NCBI RefSeq assembly: GCF_000315625.1
Contig: NW_005434640.1
Location: forward strand, 256,270 to 320,269
Length of the DNA: 64,000 nucleotides
Direction of reading: 5' to 3'
Source: Guillardia theta CCMP2712
Lineage: Eukaryota; Protista; Cryptophyta
The first letter of the stretch is position 1; the number at the start of each line of letters is the position of its first letter. A program made the position numbers and the translations under genes. Under the pieces are notes generated by a model. That model was not told where the DNA came from. It worked only from the letters and a program-made list of their open reading frames with translations, and did no database searches. Of this stretch, positions 56,740-64,000 are shown piece by piece.

Positions 56740-58578
56740 CTTCTCACTCCATGGCAGACAGGCGAACGGAGTCCAACACGGTTCCGAGAACAAGGTCGAT
56801 AGAAGCCTCTACCAGGAGGTAGTCGAGGGGCCCCGGGAATCTAAGAAAATCCTTGTGAAGGGGACACATGTTAAGGTTGCTGGGCTGCAAAACGCGAAGC
56901 AGTACAACGGAAGGATGGGAACAGTCATCGAGTACGACGAGGGGACGGGGAAGTTCGGGGTGGAGCTGGAGAAGGATAAGCGGCAGATCAAAGTCAAGCC
57001 TGAAAACCTGGAGGTCGTGGAGAGCTTTGGTGGGCTCAAGGGAGGATTTCTTGGGGAGGAGAAGAGAAGTGAGGACGTGAGGAAGGTGAAGAGAGTTTGT
57101 GATGTTGACGTGATGAGGTTGAAGAGAGTTTGTGATGTTGACGTGATGAGGCTGAAGAGAGTTTGTGATGTTGACGTGATGAGGCTGAAGAGAGCTTGTG
57201 ATGTTGACGTGATGAGGCTGAAGAGAGCTTGTGATGTTGACGTGATGAGGCTGAAGAGAGTTTGTGATGTTGACGTGATGAGGCTGAAGAGAGCTTGTGA
57301 TGTTGACGTGATGAGGCTGAAGAGAGCTTGTGATGTTGACGTGATGAGGCTGAAGAGAGTTTGTGATGTTGACGTGATGAGGCTGAAGAGAGTTTGTGAT
57401 GTTGACGTGATGAGGCTGAAGAGAGCTTGTGATGTTGACGTGATGAGGCTGAAGAGAGTTTGTGATGTTGACGTGATGAGGCTGAAGAGAGTTTGTGATG
57501 TTGACGTGATGAGGCTGAAGAGAGTTTGTGATGTTGACGTGATGAGGCTGAAGAGAGCTTGTGATGTTGACGTGATGAGGCTGAAGAGAGCTTGTGATGT
57601 TGACGTGATGAGGCTGAAGAGAGCTTGTGATGTTGACGTGATGAGGCTGAAGAGAGCTTGTGATGTTGACGTGATGAGGCTAAAGAGAGCTTGTGATGTT
57701 GACGTGATGAGGCTGAAGAGAGCTTGTGATGTTGACGTGATGAGGCTGAAGAGAGTTTGGCAGCATGAAGATGACGGCATCGAGGTGATCAAGCCGCATC
57801 CTCGTAAGGAGGGAGTTCTAGATGGTTTGAAGTCCCTCAAAGTCGAGGTGAGGGAGGAGGAGGAGGAGGAGGAGGAGGAGGAGGAGGAGGAGGAGGAGGA
57901 GGATGGAGATAACGACAACGGTGTTGGGCAGAACCAAGACGTTCCTGAGTGGATGAAGGCAAATGACGACCTTCTGCGCGAAGTGGAATCAGATACTGAG
58001 GTCAGAGACCTGGCGTGTATTCCCCTCTTCCCTCTCACATGGGCGTCAGCTTGCAAGCGCCGTGAACAATCAGAAGTTGATCACCGCGATAGACGAGATT
58101 TCCAAGGATCCAAAGGCCTGGATGAAGTATCAGAATGATGAAGAAGTGAAGAAGTACTTCTCCAAGATGATGGGCCTGTGCGCTACCAGTGCGGTTGTCG
58201 TCAAGACTCATGAAGTTCTTGCAGGTTCGGCAAGAGGTATGAGAGATATGAGGAGCAGGCGAGCGCCAACGAGAAAAAGCAAGAGAGCAAGTCCAAGACC
58301 TCGGTAGTGGAAGAACTGCTGGCGCAGGATATGAAGCAGAAGGCGCCAGCAGCTGGGAAGTCTTTAATCCAGGAGATTGAAGTGAGATTGTTGACGGGCC
58401 GAAACCCTTTGCTGACTTGTGCTCGCAGCATAACAACCAAGATACGAAGAAGAAACCAGCGACAAAATCGAATCCAAGTAGAGATCATATTGAAGATAAC
58501 GATGACGCTATGCCGATGTTGATGATGTTCGTACTGGTGCCAGTGATGGTAGTGGTAGTCGTGATGATGATGGTGGTG

Positions 58579-58632
<54 letters not shown>

Positions 58633-59450
58633 GGGAGCAGGAGCGGGAGCAGGAAGATATGTCCGTCGTTTGTGTTGACCGACGATGCAGGGAAGGGAAC
58701 CACCGACTACTCCAAGTGGGATGAGATCGACAGCGACGAGGAGGAGGAAGCGGTCTCAGGGTTGTTGTTCGGGCCCAAGGTTGACAAGAACGACGCGAGG
58801 TGAAATGACTCTGAAAGACGCCGGGAGGAGGCTGGGGAGCGCGGGGTTGCGATAGGAGGGGGAGGGAGGACGATGGGGCGGGAGAGAGCAGTTTGAATGC
58901 AGATGGAAGAGGAGCAGGAGGTTTGGGAGGGGGCGAGGGGGACCGAGAAGACAAGGAGGAAGCAGCAGGAGGCAGGAGGAGGAAGGACGCAGCAGGAGGC
59001 AGGGTGTCCTGACGGAAGATCGGCAGAGTGAAGGACGCGCTGTCAGACTTGAAGGTCCAGCAGGTTATGAGGATGTTGAACTCAACTTCCGACGAGGGAG
59101 TCATACAGCAGGTCAGTTCCCTTTTCCTCTATCGCCGTGTGTCCTTTGTCCCCTCCTCTCCCTCACCTCCCCAATGTCCCTCTTTCTCCCTCCCTTCCTC
59201 TCCCGCTCCTTCTCTTCTCCCCTTCTCTTCCTCGCTCACTCTAAATCTCTATTCCCTTGTCCTCATCTGGTCGTTCAATCATGTTTGTTGCTGTCATAGC
59301 CTCTTGCTGTGGTGATGACTGCTAATACGGTTGTACTTATGCTGAAAAAAAATAATCGTTGAATAGATGTTACAAGACAAGGACGTGGCGGAGAAAATTC
59401 AGCTCCTGATGAGAGCTGGCGTTGTAGATATAAAACCTCCTTCGAAATGA
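56740..59450 (+). CDS. Co-chaperone-like protein with SH3-like barrel and STI1 domains (5' exons unresolved)
   Basis: GTHVKVAGLQNAKQYNGRMGTV..VKPENL, AIDEISKDPKAWMKYQND, DYSKWDEI and VAEKIQLLMRAGVV. Confidence 0.65.
57086..57763 (+). repeat. 33-bp minisatellite, 20 copies, filling a probable intron
   Basis: Unit AAGAGAG(T/C)TTGTGATGTTGACGTGATGAGGCTG, bounded by AAG|GT and CAG. Confidence 0.95.
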
Positions 59451-59531
59451 AGTCAAAAAGAGCTGAGAAATCAGAGGTGCCCTCCAAAGTTGACAGTGTT
59501 GAGCCTCCAGGTGTGTGTAGCCGGCAACTTT

Positions 59532-60012
59532 TCACCTCAGTCTCCGTCCAGCTGGGAGGTCCATCAGGTGGTTCCGGGTATGGAGCGGAGGAGGATCATG
59601 TGGCGAGAGGATGGGGAGGACAGGGGCAGGGATTAAAGCAAGATGCAGCGGCAGGGGCAGGACAAAGAGAAGGGAGAGGAAGGGAAGGAGAAGAGGACGG
59701 GAGGAAGGGAAGATCAAGAAACCTCCCAGTCGAGGTCCGATAACATGTCGATAGGCTCCATCTCTGAACCAACAAGGAAGAACAAGTCAAGCACACAGGA
59801 GGAACAAGCTCAAAGCTGTGAGGGGTGTTGACGTCATCAAGCAGGCGAGCGAGGCTTCTACTTCCAGCCATCACAGTCGCTAACTCTCAGTCTGTAAGAC
59901 GGCAGAGCAACGGAAGGAGGCTGAGGAGCAGGAGGGATGTAGAGTTGCAAGACAGGATGTAGAGGAGCAGCAGAGGAGCAGGAGAGGAGCAGGAGCAGGA
60001 GCAGGAGCAGAT

Positions 60013-60056
<44 letters not shown>

Positions 60057-60392
60057 ATGAGAAGGAGCAGGAGCCTTGACCGGACACACCTGACTTCTCG
60101 TGGACGCTCTCCGGGGACTCGATGGCACCAGAGAAACGAAGGAGGAGGCCAGCAAACGCAACGACGTGAGCGAAAGTGATCAGGGGGATCCAGGAGCTGA
60201 ATGAGGTAGTTAGAAGGCAACAAGCTAGAGGGCCAGAAGGCAAGATTTTTCGCACGATTTGCTCAGAGCCCAGTAGGGACACGAAGTCTTGAAGACGAGT
60301 GCGAAGACGAGAACACTGGCACCTGGAGAGAAAGACGATCATGAAGGAGGACGAGGATTGACATGGAGGAGGGGAATAAGCAGGAGCAGGAT

Positions 60393-60490
<98 letters not shown>

Positions 60491-60983
60491 ACTCACAGTA
60501 GATCCCTCTCAACACAACGATGATCAGGCACGTCCGTGTCAGCACCTTACTTCTGCACGAGGCTGCAGCGGATCCCACGACAGCTGGGCAAGCTCGATGA
60601 GCCGAGGAAGAGCAGGAAGCGCAAGATCGCAGAGCAAACCTGTCAGGCAGGAGATGCTGGCCCATGCAAGGTTCTCATAGTAGCAGTACTCATGCAGACA
60701 GTTGACCGCCTGCGCTGCCTTCGCCTCCCCAGCGATGTACGCGTCCTCCTTCTTCATGCGATCTGTCCATATGCTGCAGCTCCATGCACTGATGGCAAGG
60801 TCAGAACAGGCAAGAGGTTGCAGGATGCACGCGCCTTATGATGTTGATGAAGAAGAGGGTCGACCCGCCCATGACGCTGGCTCGGAGCACAGCGTTGGCG
60901 AGTGAAGGTACAGGCTCTGCTATGTCGCTGAAGGCGACGGCTCCAGCGGATATGACGCCGCCCATCGTTCCTCTGCCAACCAT
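59532..60983 (-). CDS. Hypothetical multi-exon protein with hydrophobic N-terminal region
   Basis: Exon-like ORFs separated by (CTCCTG)n introns. Confidence 0.45.
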
Positions 60984-61650
60984 GATCCACTTAGAGTCGA
61001 GCGACTCGACTCGACCCGAGAGAGGGAGGCGATAATGAGAAAGGAAGCCAGGACGGCACGGAGGAGGGAGGAGGGAGAAGGGAATCTATTCCTTCCTTCT
61101 TCCATTTCCCTTATTCCTTCATTCCTATCATTCTCCACCTCTTATCCTCTTGTCTCATTTCTATCTCCCTCCCTCTTGCTTTCTCCCTCGTCTTGTCATC
61201 TCCCTTTCCTTCCGATCGTCCTGCCTGTCCTGGCTCTCTACCTCCTGACCTCCCCACCTCCAAATCTCCCTCTCTCGCTCTCCTCCTCCCTCCTCCCTCC
61301 TCCCTCCTCCCTCCTCACCTTCCTCCCTTCCTCCATCCTTCCCTCCCTCTCCTCCTCCTCTTTCACCTTCTTCTCTTCCTATCGTCGTCGGTGCATTCAC
61401 GCTTCCACCATGTGACCGACTAGTCTATCTACCTACCCCAGCACCTGACCTATCAAAATACCCCACCCCCTGGAGGCCAGGGAAAATGCACTGGCGGCAG
61501 GAAGGAGATGCGAACACGGCTCCTTACACATGGAGGACGGAGAGACTACATCTGTTGATCCTCTGATCCCCTCCTCCTCCGTCCTCCTCCTCTTTCCTCT
61601 TCTTTCCTCCTCCTCGTCCTCCTCCTTTCGTCACTCTAGTCGTGATCGAA

Positions 61651-62559
61651 ATGTTTGGCAAGCCAACCGGAACCATCTTCGTTCTCCTCCTTCTCCCGCG
61701 AGCCTTCTCCTTCTCCATATGCCCACCTTCTTCATCATTCACTGCAGCTAGATGCCATGCTGCCGTTGCTATACGGCAACTCAAATGCTGCGGCATGGCA
61801 GGAATCGATCCAAGGGAAAGAGAGCGGGAGGAGATCGAGAGGAAGTACGCCCTCAAGAGTGCAATGATAGGAAGCAAGATGTGTGGACGCTGCTGGCTTC
61901 AGACAGCATGGTGCATCTGCTCCTGCGCCAGCAAGTTTCAAGATGTGGCATGCGATCCTCCTCAAGGCATGCCGATCGATGTTATCCTGTACAGCCACGT
62001 TGACGAGTTCATGCGAAAGTCCAACACAGGCAGCTTGCTGCACCTTTGCTCTCCCCTTGTTCGAACTCACCTGCTTGTATGCGGGCGATCCGACGACGAG
62101 CATCGGCTGGAGGAGCTTCTTGAAGCAAGGAAGGGGAAAGCGTGTGTGGTCTACCCATCGGACGACGCTACCCCCGTAGAGAGCTTTCTCGAGCAGCAGC
62201 ATGACACGGCTGGAGCGTCGGGAATGACTTTCATCTTGCTGGAGGGGACGTGGAGGCAGGCGAGGAAGATGGAGAAGCGGGTGCGGAGCGATATCCCACG
62301 AGTTGCTATCCCCCCGATGGAGGGAGGGGCCGACGGCCGCATGAACACGATCATGGCGTTCGGCGAGGTTGTTCTCAAGATGCCGATGGGGACGGAGGTG
62401 AAGAAGAGCTTGTTGAAGCGCATGGACCAGCTGATGAAAGCGAAGCAAGATGCTCTCTTCGAAATCCACGGACGTCACGGGACCAATACGGAGAACAGTA
62501 GGAGGAGGAGATTCCCTCAGGAGCGAGACGCGGCGTACAGCAAGTGGGAGCTCCTCTGA
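61651..62559 (+). CDS. DTW-domain protein (TapT/DTWD2-like), degenerate motifs, N-terminal targeting leader
   Basis: CGRC..CIC, H..E..RKSNTG, VYPS and LLEGTWRQARKM, in a single intronless ORF. Confidence 0.8.
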   Translation: MFGKPTGTIFVLLLLPRAFSFSICPPSSSFTAARCHAAVAIRQLKCCGMAGIDPREREREEIERKYALKSAMIGSKMCGRCWLQTAWCICSCASKFQDVACDPPQGMPIDVILYSHVDEFMRKSNTGSLLHLCSPLVRTHLLVCGRSDDEHRLEELLEARKGKACVVYPSDDATPVESFLEQQHDTAGASGMTFILLEGTWRQARKMEKRVRSDIPRVAIPPMEGGADGRMNTIMAFGEVVLKMPMGTEVKKSLLKRMDQLMKAKQDALFEIHGRHGTNTENSRRRRFPQERDAAYSKWELL

Positions 62560-62695
62560 CAGGCACATTCAGAGCTATTGTCCGTTGAGCAAGCTTTACG
62601 ATCTCGTTTCCTATCCACAGGCTAATCCACAATGTTCCATATCAGTCTTCTCATCTCCTAGAGCATCAGAGCCTCATGCTCATGCGCTGGACTTG

Positions 62696-64000
62696 TCAGG
62701 TCGAGCTGCTCTCGATGCGGTTCCTTGCCTGTGGCATCATCCTGTCTCTTGTAAACTCTTCCTGTGCAAATTTGACGATCGTCTCTGCCAGTACCTGAAC
62801 CTGCTCAGTCAGCTCCAGCGCCTTTGCCCGCGACATGGTCTCGAGGTCTTTCAGCGCCTCGTCCATGGGCTCAGCGCTCCCGTTGTAGAGATTCTCCAAG
62901 GAAGGCGTGTTGGGCGTGATGTGCGTGCCTGGCAGTCTCTTCAGGTCCAGCCTCCCCCCGATGCCGGTCGTGGGAGAGGTGAACTTGTCTCTCAAGGCCT
63001 CGCACAACAGGATGCTCTGGTCAATGTCGTCGCTGAGGAATTTCACGGCAAGGTTGCGAGAAACGCTGTACTCGTCCTTCAGCAGCCTCATGGTGTCTTC
63101 TGGTGAGGGACTGGAGAGAAGGAGGAGGAAGAGGAGGAGGAGGAGGAGGAGGAGGAGAGCCAAGTAAGGGCAAGCGCGTCAGCTGGGAGAGCAAGGAGAG
63201 GGGAGAGGCTCACCTGAACTCATCTAGGGGTTCTTGGTTGTTCGCTGCGTAATTCTTTCCCGTCTCCGACAACATCTCGATGAAGGAGAAAACTTTGCTT
63301 GCACTCTCGCTTCCGAACACATCCTTGAGCTGGCTGTTGGTCTTCATGGAGTTAGCAAACGCCGAGATCGACTCGAGGACAGGAGCAGCCGCAGCCAGCC
63401 CTTTGGACATCTCGCTCTGAAGCTTGCTGAGCTCAGAGAGGATAGGGATGCTCTTCTTGGCATCATAGTTGTTGAAGGCGATGTGTACGTTGGCTGCTCT
63501 CACCCTCCCGATGATCTTCTTGGTGTCCTCGATCGAGTTGATCAGCAGGTGCACCTTACAACCCAACGAGTGCCCCATCCCGATAGTAGGCAGCTCCGCA
63601 GGATCGAACATGTCGCTGCCGAGCTCGCCCTGCAGGGCCTTTGCTGCTCCCGCAAACTTGTATGCTGCCTCGAAGGCGGCCTTGTAGTGATCCATTCCCG
63701 TCAGCCCCGCGCATGGCGTCGCGATGACTATCATTCTTTCCTGACTCACCATCTCTTCCACAAACAGCGAGTACGCTTGCTTCGGCGCCGCTCCGACGAA
63801 CACGCCTCCGATGAAATGGACTATTCCCGCGAACCTGACGCCGTCTATTGGCTTCCTTAGATCCTTGGGCAAGCAGATATCACACCCTGCTAACTTCATC
63901 CACTGCACTTCGTTGCTTCCCGATCGCCTCCTCCCCTGCGACCTCGCCTCCACCTCCACCTCCTTCTCCCCCTCTCCCCTCTTGCTCCCTTCCGTGCCGC
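62696..64000 (-). CDS. DUF1350 alpha/beta-hydrolase-fold protein (5' end beyond window)
   Basis: GIVHFIGGVFVGAAP..Y, GMGHSLGCKVHLLI and NVHIAFNN, with an intron at ~63105-63213. Confidence 0.85.

Noticed and set aside
57086-57763. CRISPR array
   Set aside because: The 33-bp units are contiguous with no unique spacers, there are no cas genes, and the context is a eukaryotic intron.
59376-59485. Antiparallel coding overlap between the STI1-like gene and the converging gene
   Set aside because: It depends on an unverified splice, and the minus-strand gene can end at 59532.

Overview
Gene-dense eukaryotic nuclear DNA with short GT-AG introns, microsatellite-filled long introns and eight N gaps. 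Bipartite plastid-targeting-like leaders, an RWP-RK factor and PACRG-like suggest a flagellated alga with a secondary plastid; a cryptophyte such as Guillardia theta is my inference, not verified. There are about 24 ordinary genes. Recognisable ones are a PDZ/coiled-coil protein, a DDX5/DBP2/DBP3-type helicase, an RWP-RK factor, a PLP gamma-lyase, a polyamine/amino-acid permease, a SYP7-like protein, an SDR, a TMEM68/DGAT2-like acyltransferase, an MBL hydrolase, PACRG-like, an STI1 co-chaperone-like protein, a DTW protein and DUF1350. The most unusual locus is 41.5-48.1 kb, which holds seven copies of an unrecognised 80-104 aa microprotein family. Six copies sit as divergent pairs in a 1.44-kb tandem array. 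Their shared C-terminal coding sequence forms 108-172 bp inverted repeats around a ~626-bp core, and that core is flipped in the third unit. No recombinase, transposase, tRNA, rRNA or CRISPR array was recognised. Boundaries of spliced genes were read by eye and are approximate.
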